DNA of 64,000 nucleotides from Escherichia coli (GTDB lineage Bacteria; Pseudomonadota; Gammaproteobacteria; Enterobacterales; Enterobacteriaceae): NCBI RefSeq assembly GCF_003018255.1, contig NZ_CP027440.1; one strand, 5' to 3'. Shown piece by piece: positions 10,717 to 21,500 of this stretch (position 1 is its first letter; each line of letters starts with the position of its first letter). The notes under the pieces were generated by a model. It saw only the letters and a program-made list of their open reading frames with translations, ran no database searches and was not told where the DNA came from. The position numbers and the translations under genes were made by a program.

Positions 10717-11601
10717 ATGAGAACAGGATGTGAACCGACCCGATTTGGTAATGAAGCAAAGACCATCATCCAGGGTGATGCATTAACCGAACTTAAAAAG
10801 ATCCCCGCCGAAAGTGTAGATCTGATCTTTGCCGACCCACCGTATAACATCGGTAAAAATTTTGATGGTCTGATCGAAGCCTGGAAAGAAGATCTGTTTA
10901 TCGACTGGCTGTTTGAAGTGATTGCAGAGTGCCACCGCGTTCTGAAAAAGCAGGGCAGCATGTACATCATGAACAGCACGGAAAACATGCCCTTTATCGA
11001 TCTCCAGTGCCGCAAGCTTTTTACCATCAAAAGTCGCATCGTCTGGTCATATGACAGTTCTGGAGTGCAGGCGAAAAAACACTACGGCTCCATGTACGAA
11101 CCCATCCTGATGATGGTGAAAGACGCAAAGAACTACACGTTCAACGGTGATGCTATTCTGGTAGAAGCCAAAACCGGATCGCAGCGCGCGTTGATCGATT
11201 ATCGCAAAAATCCTCCACAGCCTTACAATCATCAAAAAGTACCGGGTAACGTCTGGGATTTTCCGCGCGTGCGTTATTTGATGGATGAATATGAGAATCA
11301 CCCGACGCAAAAACCGGAAGCCTTACTGAAACACATTATTCTCGCCTCTTCCAACCCAGGCGATATCGTTCTCGACCCGTTTGCCGGTAGCTTTACTACC
11401 GGTGCCGTAGCCGTCGCCAGTGGGCGAAAATTCATTGGTATTGAGATCAACAGCGAGTACATCAAAATGGGGCTTCGACGGCTGGATGTCGCGTCGCATT
11501 ACTCTGCGGAAGAACTGGCGAAAGTGAAAAAAAGAAAGACCGGCAACCTGTCAAAACGAAGCAGGTTAAGCGAAGTTGACCCCGATCTCATTGCAAAGTA
11601 A
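10717..11601 (+). CDS. yhdJ: Orphan N6-adenine DNA methyltransferase YhdJ
   Basis: 294 aa from ATG 10717 (a GTG two codons upstream is an alternative start); catalytic DPPY motif in FADPPYNIG; no restriction partner adjacent. Confidence 0.92.
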   Translation: MRTGCEPTRFGNEAKTIIQGDALTELKKIPAESVDLIFADPPYNIGKNFDGLIEAWKEDLFIDWLFEVIAECHRVLKKQGSMYIMNSTENMPFIDLQCRKLFTIKSRIVWSYDSSGVQAKKHYGSMYEPILMMVKDAKNYTFNGDAILVEAKTGSQRALIDYRKNPPQPYNHQKVPGNVWDFPRVRYLMDEYENHPTQKPEALLKHIILASSNPGDIVLDPFAGSFTTGAVAVASGRKFIGIEINSEYIKMGLRRLDVASHYSAEELAKVKKRKTGNLSKRSRLSEVDPDLIAK

Positions 11602-11684
11602 AGGAAGTGTAAGCCTGGTTTTCAGATTATTCATTTCGTGTATATTTCCTGCCAGACTTGGTTAAACATGCACAGGCTCAGGTA

Positions 11685-11864
11685 ATGATTCGCAAGTATT
11701 GGTGGCTCGTCGTTTTCGCTGTCTTCGTTTTTCTGTTTGATACTTTACTGATGCAGTGGATTGAACTGCTGGCAACAGAAACAGACAAATGCCGCAATAT
11801 GAACTCAGTTAATCCACTAAAACTGGTTAACTGTGACGAACTGAATTTTCACGACAGAATGTGA
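11685..11864 (+). CDS. yhdU: Small membrane protein YhdU
   Basis: 59 aa from ATG 11685 (MIRKYWWLVVFAVFVFLFDTLLMQW); ORF-track start 11658 is a TTG extension. Confidence 0.75.
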   Translation: MIRKYWWLVVFAVFVFLFDTLLMQWIELLATETDKCRNMNSVNPLKLVNCDELNFHDRM

Positions 11865-11866
11865 AT

Positions 11867-12529
11867 TTATATGACACTTAATTCATTCGTTTGATGAATT
11901 AATTTCGTTATGTTTTCATCTGGCATGAACATTCTTAATACGTTATCGACCAGAGCGGGGGCTTGTTTATAAAGATCATAACCCGCCATATTCATTAACC
12001 AGTTTTGAACAATTCCGCTGAAGGCACCATCAATAATAATCATCACAACATCTAAATCGAGATTATTTGCTATACAACCTTGTTGCTGACACGCCTGCAA
12101 TACTTCGCGGAGAGTCTGCGGATTAAAGCCCATCTTTTCGCGTATCACTCCCTCGGCCAGCATCTCATCATTAAATTCACATTTGTGATATAAGATTTTC
12201 AGCAACGCCTGCTGGCGGGGAATTTTGGCAATATATTGCAAACCGACAATCAATTTTTCACGCAATTGCTGAAACGGGTCATGCTCTAACCCAGCGGTCA
12301 AGTGATCCTGGATTAACTCCCGCAATGAAGGCTGTTGCAACCACATCTCATTAAACAGTTGAGTCTTGTTCTCGAAGTGCCAGTAGATAGCGCCACGCGT
12401 AACGTTAGCAGCGTCGGCAATGTCGTTGAGCGTCGTCTTGCTTACGCCATGCTGCGCAAACTGGGCGATGGCAGTTTCAATCAGTTCTTGCCGGGTCTTC
12501 AGGGCTTCAGCTTTGGTTCTTTTTGCCAT
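11867..12529 (-). CDS. envR: TetR-family repressor EnvR (AcrS) of acrEF
   Basis: 220-aa ORF with N-terminal TetR HTH; divergent from acrE. Confidence 0.95.
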   Translation of the reverse strand: MAKRTKAEALKTRQELIETAIAQFAQHGVSKTTLNDIADAANVTRGAIYWHFENKTQLFNEMWLQQPSLRELIQDHLTAGLEHDPFQQLREKLIVGLQYIAKIPRQQALLKILYHKCEFNDEMLAEGVIREKMGFNPQTLREVLQACQQQGCIANNLDLDVVMIIIDGAFSGIVQNWLMNMAGYDLYKQAPALVDNVLRMFMPDENITKLIHQTNELSVI

Positions 12530-12927
12530 GATTAATTATTCAGGAAATAAATATATTCGACACAGGATGAGAAAATAGAGAAGGTTAATCTATCACCTAA
12601 TGTGTATTTATACGAGAGGCTAATATTGCGTTGCTATAAATCGTCAAATAAATGATATGTATTATTTACATAAAATACATTCACTTGGCCTATACATATT
12701 TCAATTTACGAGATTTTAATTCTACCTCTTTCATTCCGCGTCAAAACAAAACAGTAGAATATTAATCTTTTTTTGTGTTTATGTGCCTTGAGTTGCCAGT
12801 ATTCATAACTATTCCTTACATCGACGAATGATAATTTGTAGGATAGCGAACTGTATTTTTCTTTCTGCGAGTTAACGCATTGCCTTTTTGGGCAAATAAC
12901 GCGCTTTTGGTTTTTTGAGGAATAGTA

Positions 12928-14085
12928 ATGACGAAACATGCCAGGTTTTTCCTCCTGCCCTCCTTTATTCTGATCTCCGCGGCTTTAATCGCCGGTTGTA
13001 ACGATAAGGGAGAAGAGAAAGCTCACGTCGGTGAACCGCAGGTTACCGTTCATATTGTGAAAACGGCCCCGTTAGAAGTTAAGACTGAATTACCAGGCCG
13101 CACCAATGCTTACCGTATAGCCGAAGTTCGCCCACAGGTTAGCGGGATCGTACTGAATCGCAATTTCACTGAAGGCAGCGATGTGCAAGCAGGCCAGTCC
13201 CTGTACCAGATCGATCCCGCGACCTATCAGGCAAGTTATGACAGCGCGAAAGGCGAACTGGCGAAAAGTGAAGCCGCCGCCGCCATCGCGCATTTGACGG
13301 TAAAACGTTACGTTCCGCTCGTGGGTACGAAATACATCAGTCAGCAGGAGTACGACCAGGCCATTGCTGATGCTCGCCAGGCCGATGCCGCCGTGATTGC
13401 CGCAAAAGCCACAGTCGAAAGCGCTCGCATCAATCTCGCTTATACCAAAGTGACTGCGCCAATTAGCGGACGTATCGGCAAATCGACTGTGACCGAAGGC
13501 GCTCTTGTCACTAATGGGCAAACGACCGAACTGGCGACTGTCCAGCAGCTCGATCCTATCTACGTTGATGTGACCCAATCCAGCAACGATTTTATGAGGC
13601 TGAAGCAATCCGTAGAGCAAGGAAATCTGCATAAGGAAAACGCCGCCAGCAACGTAGAGTTGGTCATGGAGAACGGTCAAACCTATCCCCTGAAAGGTAC
13701 GCTGCAATTCTCCGATGTTACCGTTGATGAAAGCACCGGCTCCATAACCCTACGTGCCGTCATCCCTAACCCGCAACATACGCTTTTGCCGGGTATGTTT
13801 GTGCGCGCACGGATTGATGAAGGCGTCCAACCTGACGCCATTCTTATCCCGCAACAAGGCGTTAGCCGCACACCACGTGGTGATGCAACCGTGCTGATTG
13901 TTAACAATAAAAGCCAGGTTGAAGCGCGCCCTGTCGTTGCCAGTCAGGCGATTGGCGATAAATGGTTGATTAGCGAAGGTCTGAAATCTGGCGATCAAGT
14001 CATTGTCAGCGGCCTGCAAAAAGCGCGTCCGGGAGAGCAGGTTAAAGCCACTACCGATACCCCCGCAGATACTGCATCGAAGTAA
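12928..14085 (+). CDS. acrE: RND efflux periplasmic adaptor (membrane fusion lipoprotein) AcrE
   Basis: 385-aa ORF; lipoprotein signal with lipobox LIAGC. Confidence 0.96.
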   Translation: MTKHARFFLLPSFILISAALIAGCNDKGEEKAHVGEPQVTVHIVKTAPLEVKTELPGRTNAYRIAEVRPQVSGIVLNRNFTEGSDVQAGQSLYQIDPATYQASYDSAKGELAKSEAAAAIAHLTVKRYVPLVGTKYISQQEYDQAIADARQADAAVIAAKATVESARINLAYTKVTAPISGRIGKSTVTEGALVTNGQTTELATVQQLDPIYVDVTQSSNDFMRLKQSVEQGNLHKENAASNVELVMENGQTYPLKGTLQFSDVTVDESTGSITLRAVIPNPQHTLLPGMFVRARIDEGVQPDAILIPQQGVSRTPRGDATVLIVNNKSQVEARPVVASQAIGDKWLISEGLKSGDQVIVSGLQKARPGEQVKATTDTPADTASK

Positions 14086-14096
14086 GGCAATCTGAC

Positions 14097-17000
14097 ATGG
14101 CAAACTTTTTTATTCGACGACCGACATTTGCATGGGTGCTGGCCATTATTCTGATGATGGCGGGCGCACTGGCGATCCTACAATTGCCCGTCGCCCAGTA
14201 TCCAACCATTGCGCCGCCTGCGGTTTCTGTTTCGGCAAACTATCCGGGTGCTGATGCGCAGACCGTGCAGGATACGGTGACGCAGGTTATCGAACAGAAT
14301 ATGAACGGTATCGATAACCTGATGTATATGTCCTCCACCAGCGATTCCGCCGGTAGCGTGACAATTACCCTTACTTTCCAGTCCGGGACCGATCCTGATA
14401 TCGCGCAAGTGCAGGTGCAGAACAAACTCCAGCTCGCCACGCCGTTGCTGCCGCAGGAGGTTCAGCAGCAGGGGATCAGTGTTGAAAAGTCCAGTAGCAG
14501 CTATTTGATGGTGGCGGGCTTTGTCTCTGATAACCCAGGCACCACACAGGACGATATCTCGGACTATGTGGCCTCTAACGTTAAAGATACGCTTAGCCGT
14601 CTGAATGGCGTCGGTGACGTACAGCTTTTCGGCGCACAGTATGCGATGCGTATCTGGTTGGACGCCGATCTGCTAAACAAATATAAACTGACGCCGGTTG
14701 ATGTGATTAACCAGTTGAAGGTACAGAACGATCAGATCGCTGCCGGACAGTTGGGCGGAACGCCAGCGTTACCAGGGCAACAGTTGAACGCCTCGATTAT
14801 TGCTCAGACGCGGTTAAAAAATCCGGAAGAATTCGGCAAAGTGACCCTGCGCGTAAACAGTGACGGCTCGGTGGTGCGTCTGAAAGATGTCGCACGGGTT
14901 GAACTTGGCGGTGAAAACTATAACGTTATCGCTCGCATCAACGGAAAACCGGCGGCGGGCCTGGGTATTAAGCTGGCAACCGGCGCAAATGCTCTCGATA
15001 CCGCGAAAGCCATTAAGGCAAAACTGGCGGAATTACAGCCATTCTTCCCGCAGGGAATGAAGGTTCTCTACCCTTATGACACCACGCCATTCGTCCAGCT
15101 TTCTATTCACGAAGTGGTAAAAACGCTGTTCGAAGCTATTATCCTGGTATTCCTGGTGATGTATCTGTTCTTGCAGAATATGCGAGCAACGCTGATCCCC
15201 ACCATTGCGGTACCCGTGGTGTTGTTAGGGACGTTTGCCATCCTCGCCGCTTTTGGTTACTCCATCAATACACTAACGATGTTCGGGATGGTGCTTGCCA
15301 TCGGGCTGCTCGTCGATGATGCGATAGTAGTGGTGGAGAACGTCGAGCGCGTGATGATGGAGGATAAGCTCCCGCCAAAAGAAGCGACGGAAAAATCAAT
15401 GTCGCAAATCCAGGGCGCACTGGTGGGTATCGCGATGGTGCTGTCAGCGGTATTTATTCCAATGGCATTCTTCGGCGGTTCTACTGGGGCAATTTACCGC
15501 CAGTTCTCTATCACCATCGTTTCGGCAATGGCGCTTTCTGTTCTGGTGGCATTGATTCTTACCCCAGCGTTATGTGCAACACTGCTCAAACCCGTCTCTG
15601 CTGAGCATCACGAAAATAAGGGCGGTTTCTTCGGCTGGTTTAATACCACCTTCGATCATAGCGTTAACCACTACACCAACAGCGTCGGCAAAATCCTCGG
15701 TTCCACAGGACGATATTTACTGATCTATGCACTAATTGTTGCTGGAATGGTGGTGTTGTTTTTACGTCTTCCGTCTTCCTTCTTACCTGAAGAGGATCAG
15801 GGTGTCTTTCTGACTATGATTCAGTTACCCGCTGGCGCGACGCAAGAGCGGACGCAAAAAGTGTTGGATCAAGTGACGGATTACTATCTGAAGAACGAAA
15901 AAGCGAACGTTGAAAGTGTCTTTACGGTTAACGGTTTTAGCTTCAGCGGCCAGGCACAAAACGCCGGTATGGCCTTCGTCAGTCTGAAACCGTGGGAAGA
16001 GCGTAATGGTGACGAAAACAGTGCGGAAGCGGTAATCCATCGTGCCAAAATGGAGTTGGGCAAGATCCGCGACGGTTTTGTCATTCCATTCAATATGCCA
16101 GCCATTGTTGAACTGGGCACGGCAACGGGTTTCGACTTTGAGTTAATTGATCAGGCTGGGCTGGGTCATGATGCCCTGACCCAGGCCCGTAACCAGTTGC
16201 TTGGCATGGCGGCGCAACATCCTGCCAGCTTAGTCAGCGTGCGTCCTAATGGTCTGGAAGACACCGCGCAGTTTAAACTGGAAGTTGACCAGGAAAAGGC
16301 GCAGGCATTAGGTGTTTCACTTTCTGACATCAATCAGACCATTTCAACAGCGTTGGGTGGGACTTACGTTAACGACTTCATTGACCGTGGTCGCGTAAAA
16401 AAGGTGTATGTTCAGGCGGATGCCAAATTTCGTATGCTGCCAGAAGATGTCGATAAACTTTATGTCCGTAGCGCCAATGGCGAAATGGTGCCATTCTCTG
16501 CCTTTACCACTGCACATTGGGTGTATGGTTCTCCGCGACTGGAGCGCTACAACGGTCTGCCGTCAATGGAGATTCAGGGGGAAGCCGCGCCAGGAACCAG
16601 TTCCGGCGATGCCATGGCGTTGATGGAAAACCTTGCATCACAATTACCAGCTGGTATTGGTTATGACTGGACGGGTATGTCATATCAGGAACGCTTATCG
16701 GGAAACCAGGCTCCCGCTCTGGTAGCAATTTCCTTTGTGGTTGTTTTCCTGTGCCTTGCTGCACTCTATGAAAGCTGGTCAATTCCTGTCTCGGTTATGT
16801 TGGTCGTGCCGTTAGGGATTGTCGGCGTGCTCCTGGCGGCGACACTCTTTAATCAAAAAAATGACGTCTACTTTATGGTGGGCTTGCTAACGACAATTGG
16901 CTTGTCGGCTAAAAACGCTATATTGATTGTTGAGTTCGCTAAAGATCTCATGGAGAAAGAGGGTAAAGGTGTTGTTGAAGCGACACTAATGGCAGTACGT

Positions 17001-17201
17001 ATGCGTCTGCGTCCTATCCTGATGACCTCTCTCGCCTTTATTCTCGGCGTATTACCGCTAGCTATCAGTAACGGTGCCGGCAGTGGCGCGCAGAACGCAG
17101 TGGGTATCGGGGTAATGGGCGGGATGGTTTCTGCAACGTTGCTGGCAATCTTCTTCGTGCCGGTGTTCTTTGTGGTGATCCGCCGTTGCTTTAAAGGATA
17201 A
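14097..17201 (+). CDS. acrF: RND multidrug efflux inner-membrane transporter AcrF
   Basis: 1034-aa ORF; 12-TM RND pump, AcrB paralogue. Confidence 0.97.
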   Translation: MANFFIRRPTFAWVLAIILMMAGALAILQLPVAQYPTIAPPAVSVSANYPGADAQTVQDTVTQVIEQNMNGIDNLMYMSSTSDSAGSVTITLTFQSGTDPDIAQVQVQNKLQLATPLLPQEVQQQGISVEKSSSSYLMVAGFVSDNPGTTQDDISDYVASNVKDTLSRLNGVGDVQLFGAQYAMRIWLDADLLNKYKLTPVDVINQLKVQNDQIAAGQLGGTPALPGQQLNASIIAQTRLKNPEEFGKVTLRVNSDGSVVRLKDVARVELGGENYNVIARINGKPAAGLGIKLATGANALDTAKAIKAKLAELQPFFPQGMKVLYPYDTTPFVQLSIHEVVKTLFEAIILVFLVMYLFLQNMRATLIPTIAVPVVLLGTFAILAAFGYSINTLTMFGMVLAIGLLVDDAIVVVENVERVMMEDKLPPKEATEKSMSQIQGALVGIAMVLSAVFIPMAFFGGSTGAIYRQFSITIVSAMALSVLVALILTPALCATLLKPVSAEHHENKGGFFGWFNTTFDHSVNHYTNSVGKILGSTGRYLLIYALIVAGMVVLFLRLPSSFLPEEDQGVFLTMIQLPAGATQERTQKVLDQVTDYYLKNEKANVESVFTVNGFSFSGQAQNAGMAFVSLKPWEERNGDENSAEAVIHRAKMELGKIRDGFVIPFNMPAIVELGTATGFDFELIDQAGLGHDALTQARNQLLGMAAQHPASLVSVRPNGLEDTAQFKLEVDQEKAQALGVSLSDINQTISTALGGTYVNDFIDRGRVKKVYVQADAKFRMLPEDVDKLYVRSANGEMVPFSAFTTAHWVYGSPRLERYNGLPSMEIQGEAAPGTSSGDAMALMENLASQLPAGIGYDWTGMSYQERLSGNQAPALVAISFVVVFLCLAALYESWSIPVSVMLVVPLGIVGVLLAATLFNQKNDVYFMVGLLTTIGLSAKNAILIVEFAKDLMEKEGKGVVEATLMAVRMRLRPILMTSLAFILGVLPLAISNGAGSGAQNAVGIGVMGGMVSATLLAIFFVPVFFVVIRRCFKG

Positions 17202-17212
17202 ATCAGAAACAT

Positions 17213-17241
17213 AAAGGCACTTTCGGGTGCCTTTATTATTT
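17213..17241 (+). terminator. Rho-independent terminator after acrF
   Basis: AAAGGCAC-TTTCGG-GTGCCTTT hairpin followed by T-rich tract. Confidence 0.8.
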
Positions 17242-17453
17242 CCAGTGAAACCCATAAAAATTAATAAGATATTCCTCTACTCACTCTTTAAAAACTTTCT
17301 ATAGTTCCCGCTCCCTTCACTATTTTTACAATTCACATAATTTGTCATTATTCATTCCGCAAGATTTATAACCTCCAGTGATAAAATGGCATTCAGCTCG
17401 TTAATAAGAGAGTTAACTTATTAAGCGTTAGCGTTTATTACTGAGGTAACACC

Positions 17454-17675
17454 ATGAAAAGATTAATTCCTGTGGCATTGCTCACCGCATTGCTGGCGGG
17501 CTGTGCTCACGATTCGCCCTGCGTTCCGGTTTATGACGATCAGGGTCGTCTGGTTCACACCAATACCTGTATGAAAGGCACGACTCAGGATAACTGGGAA
17601 ACGGCTGGGGCTATTGCTGGCGGGGCAGCGGCTGTTGCTGGCCTGACGATGGGGATCATCGCGCTGTCGAAATAA
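17454..17675 (+). CDS. yhdV: Small lipoprotein YhdV
   Basis: 73-aa ORF; lipobox LLAGC; Gly/Ala-rich C-terminus. Confidence 0.85.
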   Translation: MKRLIPVALLTALLAGCAHDSPCVPVYDDQGRLVHTNTCMKGTTQDNWETAGAIAGGAAAVAGLTMGIIALSK

Positions 17676-18105
17676 CTGCACAGGGCGCGGAGTACCGCGC
17701 TCTGTTTAACGATACAGTATCTCTCCATAAGATAAAATATTGCTATATTCTTCTGGGTAATTCCCTCCTGATTTAGCATGTTATATCGCGTTATTTCGCT
17801 GCTTTCGAAATAACGCATCGATTTAATTTTCACACTTCCCACCAGAATTATACTCACGCTAACAATCATTATTCTGCTTAGTAAAAAACGCGTAAATATT
17901 TTGCGCCAAAATGTGGCGCATGTTTCATTTTCGCACCATTGCGGGGCGCTGTTTTTATTATTTCCTGTCTACACTCAGCTTATTGCGACGCGAAATCGTG
18001 CGCAAAAGCTGGCACTACTTTTGCTTATAAGAGGATGGCCACAGACAGGTAAAAGACGTTTCCCAAACGTCCTATAACGATAATTTTCGCCTCACAGGAA
18101 GCATT

Positions 18106-19131
18106 ATGAAAAAGATGATGATAGCCACACTGGCTGCCGCCAGCGTGCTGCTTGCCGTTGCAAATCAGGCGCATGCTGGCGCGACGCTTGATGCCGTTCA
18201 GAAAAAAGGGGTTGTGCAATGCGGGATCAGTGATGGATTACCTGGGTTCTCTTATGCCGATGCTGACGGTAAGTTTTCAGGTATTGATGTAGATGTTTGT
18301 CGTGGTGTTGCGGCAGCTGTATTTGGTGACGACACGAAAGTGAAATATACCCCGCTCACTGCAAAAGAACGCTTCACCGCTTTACAGTCAGGGGAGGTGG
18401 ATTTGCTCTCCCGTAATACGACCTGGACTTCATCTCGCGATGCCGGGATGGGAATGGCATTTACCGGCGTCACTTATTACGACGGCATTGGCTTCCTGAC
18501 GCACGATAAAGCGGGACTAAAAAGCGCGAAAGAACTGGATGGCGCTACCGTCTGTATTCAGGCGGGTACTGATACCGAACTCAACGTTGCCGATTACTTT
18601 AAGGCAAACAATATGAAGTACACACCAGTGACTTTCGATCGCTCTGACGAATCAGCGAAGGCACTGGAATCTGGTCGCTGCGATACGCTGGCCTCGGATC
18701 AATCACAACTGTATGCCCTGCGCATCAAATTAAGCAACCCGGCTGAATGGATTGTCTTACCGGAAGTTATCTCTAAAGAACCACTTGGGCCGGTAGTTCG
18801 TCGTGGCGATGATGAATGGTTCTCGATTGTACGCTGGACGCTTTTCGCCATGCTGAATGCTGAAGAGATGGGCATCAATTCCCAGAACGTCGATGAAAAA
18901 GCGGCTAATCCAGCAACACCTGATATGGCACATCTGCTGGGTAAAGAAGGCGATTACGGCAAGGATCTGAAGCTGGATAATAAATGGGCCTTTAACATCA
19001 TCAAACAGGTGGGTAACTACTCGGAAATTTTCGAGCGTAACGTAGGTTCAGAAAGCCCGCTGAAAATTAAACGTGGGCAAAATAATCTCTGGAATAACGG
19101 CGGTATTCAGTACGCGCCGCCCGTGCGTTAA
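18106..19131 (+). CDS. yhdW: Polar amino-acid ABC transporter periplasmic binding protein (AapJ-like)
   Basis: 341-aa ORF with N-terminal signal peptide; family-3 solute-binding fold recognised from translation. Confidence 0.9.
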   Translation: MKKMMIATLAAASVLLAVANQAHAGATLDAVQKKGVVQCGISDGLPGFSYADADGKFSGIDVDVCRGVAAAVFGDDTKVKYTPLTAKERFTALQSGEVDLLSRNTTWTSSRDAGMGMAFTGVTYYDGIGFLTHDKAGLKSAKELDGATVCIQAGTDTELNVADYFKANNMKYTPVTFDRSDESAKALESGRCDTLASDQSQLYALRIKLSNPAEWIVLPEVISKEPLGPVVRRGDDEWFSIVRWTLFAMLNAEEMGINSQNVDEKAANPATPDMAHLLGKEGDYGKDLKLDNKWAFNIIKQVGNYSEIFERNVGSESPLKIKRGQNNLWNNGGIQYAPPVR

Positions 19132-19198
19132 GTCGGTGTGAGGTAACGAGCGTCGCTACGGCGGCGCTCTCTTCAGCGTTATACTTTCCGAGGTTTCT

Positions 19199-20380
19199 AT
19201 GTCTCATCGCCGCTCAACCGTTAAAGGCTCACTCTCCTTTGCCAACCCTACGGTTCGCGCCTGGTTATTCCAGATCTTTGCCGTTGTTGCTGTTGTCGGA
19301 ATTGTTGGTTGGCTATTTCACAACACTGTGACGAATCTCAGTAATCGTGGCATTACTTCAGGTTTTGCCTTTCTGGATCGCGGCGCTGGCTTCGGTATTG
19401 TCCAGCATTTGATCGATTACCAGCAGGGTGATACCTACGGACGCGTTTTCATTGTTGGCTTACTCAATACGCTACTGGTTTCTGCATTGTGTATTGTATT
19501 CGCTTCTGTTCTGGGCTTCTTTATCGGTCTGGCGCGACTTTCGGATAACTGGCTGCTACGAAAGCTTTCCACAATTTATATTGAGATCTTCCGTAATATT
19601 CCGCCGCTGCTGCAAATCTTCTTCTGGTACTTTGCCGTGTTGCGCAATTTGCCCGGACCACGCCAGGCAGTGAGTGCGTTTGATCTGGCCTTTTTGAGCA
19701 ATCGTGGGCTTTATATTCCATCTCCGCAGCTGGGAGACGGATTTATTGCGTTTATCGTGACTGTTGTTATTGCTATAGCCATTTCTGTTGGACTATTCCG
19801 TTTTAATAAAACGTACCAGATAAAGACCGGACAATTGCGCCGAACCTGGCCGGTCGCCGTTATGTTGATCATAGGTTTGCCTTTACTGGCGCAATGGCTT
19901 TTTGGCGCAGCACTACACTGGGATGTTCCAGCCCTACGAGGCTTTAACTTCCGTGGCGGGATGGTTTTAATTCCTGAACTGGCAGCCTTAACGCTGGCGC
20001 TTTCGGTTTATACCTCTGCATTTATCGCCGAGATTATCCGCGCTGGGATCCAGGCAGTGCCTTATGGTCAACATGAAGCGGCACGTTCGCTGGGATTGCC
20101 CAACCCGGTTACGCTACGCCAGGTCATTATTCCCCAGGCACTGCGAGTGATTATTCCGCCGTTAACCAGCCAGTATCTCAACATCGTCAAAAACTCCTCT
20201 CTTGCCGCCGCTATTGGCTATCCCGATATGGTTTCGCTGTTTGCTGGCACCGTGCTGAACCAGACTGGGCAAGCCATCGAGACGATAGCCATGACCATGT
20301 CGGTCTATCTGATTATCAGCCTGACTATCTCGCTGCTGATGAATATCTATAACCGCCGCATCGCGATCGTTGAACGCTAA
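19199..20380 (+). CDS. yhdX: Amino-acid ABC transporter permease (AapQ-like)
   Basis: 393-aa multi-pass membrane ORF. Confidence 0.9.
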   Translation: MSHRRSTVKGSLSFANPTVRAWLFQIFAVVAVVGIVGWLFHNTVTNLSNRGITSGFAFLDRGAGFGIVQHLIDYQQGDTYGRVFIVGLLNTLLVSALCIVFASVLGFFIGLARLSDNWLLRKLSTIYIEIFRNIPPLLQIFFWYFAVLRNLPGPRQAVSAFDLAFLSNRGLYIPSPQLGDGFIAFIVTVVIAIAISVGLFRFNKTYQIKTGQLRRTWPVAVMLIIGLPLLAQWLFGAALHWDVPALRGFNFRGGMVLIPELAALTLALSVYTSAFIAEIIRAGIQAVPYGQHEAARSLGLPNPVTLRQVIIPQALRVIIPPLTSQYLNIVKNSSLAAAIGYPDMVSLFAGTVLNQTGQAIETIAMTMSVYLIISLTISLLMNIYNRRIAIVER

Positions 20381-20389
20381 GGAGTCATG

Positions 20390-21493
20390 ATGACAAAAGT
20401 ATTGCTGTCTCATCCCCCGCGCCCGGCGAGCCATAACTCAAGCCGCGCGATGGTGTGGGTGCGAAAAAATCTGTTCTCCAGCTTGAGCAATAGCCTACTG
20501 ACTATTGGCTGCATATGGTTGATGTGGGAACTGATCCCACCGTTGCTGAACTGGGCATTTTTGCAGGCTAACTGGGTTGGCTCAACGCGTGCCGACTGCA
20601 CAAAAGCCGGTGCCTGTTGGGTCTTCATCCACGAACGATTTGGTCAGTTTATGTATGGGCTTTACCCACACGACCAACGCTGGCGAATTAACCTCGCATT
20701 ACTGATTGGGCTTGTGTCGATCGCACCAATGTTCTGGAAAATACTCCCGCATCGCGGTCGCTATATTGCGGTCTGGGCAGTGATTTACCCACTGATTGTC
20801 TGGTGGCTGATGTATGGCGGTTTTTTTGGTCTTGAGCGGGTTGAAACCCGGCAATGGGGTGGGCTGACGCTAACTTTAATTATTGCATCAGTTGGGATTG
20901 CGGGGGCGTTACCGTGGGGGATCTTACTGGCGTTAGGTCGCCGCTCCCATATGCCGATTGTGCGTATCTTATCGGTCATTTTTATCGAGTTCTGGCGCGG
21001 CGTACCGCTGATTACCGTATTGTTTATGTCTTCGGTCATGCTGCCTTTGTTTATGGCAGAAGGCACCAGTATCGACAAACTGATCCGCGCGCTGGTTGGC
21101 GTGATCCTGTTTCAGTCAGCATATGTTGCGGAAGTCGTGCGAGGCGGATTACAGGCGCTGCCTAAAGGGCAATATGAAGCGGCAGAGTCGCTGGCGTTGG
21201 GTTACTGGAAAACCCAGGGGCTGGTTATTCTGCCACAGGCGTTGAAGCTGGTGATTCCTGGGCTGGTAAATACCATCATCGCACTTTTCAAAGATACCAG
21301 CCTGGTGATCATCATCGGGTTGTTCGATCTTTTCAGTAGCGTTCAGCAGGCAACCGTTGATCCCGCCTGGTTGGGTATGTCGACGGAAGGGTATGTTTTC
21401 GCCGCACTGATCTACTGGATCTTCTGTTTCAGCATGTCACGTTATAGCCAACATCTGGAAAAACGTTTTAACACCGGGCGTACACCGCATTGA
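20390..21493 (+). CDS. yhdY: Amino-acid ABC transporter permease (AapM-like)
   Basis: 367 aa from ATG 20390 ([10 protein letters not shown]); an ATG one codon upstream is an alternative. Confidence 0.9.
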   Translation: MTKVLLSHPPRPASHNSSRAMVWVRKNLFSSLSNSLLTIGCIWLMWELIPPLLNWAFLQANWVGSTRADCTKAGACWVFIHERFGQFMYGLYPHDQRWRINLALLIGLVSIAPMFWKILPHRGRYIAVWAVIYPLIVWWLMYGGFFGLERVETRQWGGLTLTLIIASVGIAGALPWGILLALGRRSHMPIVRILSVIFIEFWRGVPLITVLFMSSVMLPLFMAEGTSIDKLIRALVGVILFQSAYVAEVVRGGLQALPKGQYEAAESLALGYWKTQGLVILPQALKLVIPGLVNTIIALFKDTSLVIIIGLFDLFSSVQQATVDPAWLGMSTEGYVFAALIYWIFCFSMSRYSQHLEKRFNTGRTPH

Positions 21494-21500
21494 GGACACT

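Noticed and set aside
12706-12939. 77-aa minus-strand ORF in the envR-acrE intergenic region
   Set aside because: AT-rich promoter DNA with lysine/asparagine-rich low-complexity translation; it overlaps the acrE start and ribosome-binding site.
17585-17869. 94-aa minus-strand ORF covering the yhdW upstream palindrome
   Set aside because: No ribosome-binding site and low-complexity translation in AT-rich intergenic DNA; I used it only as a frame check for the palindrome coordinates.
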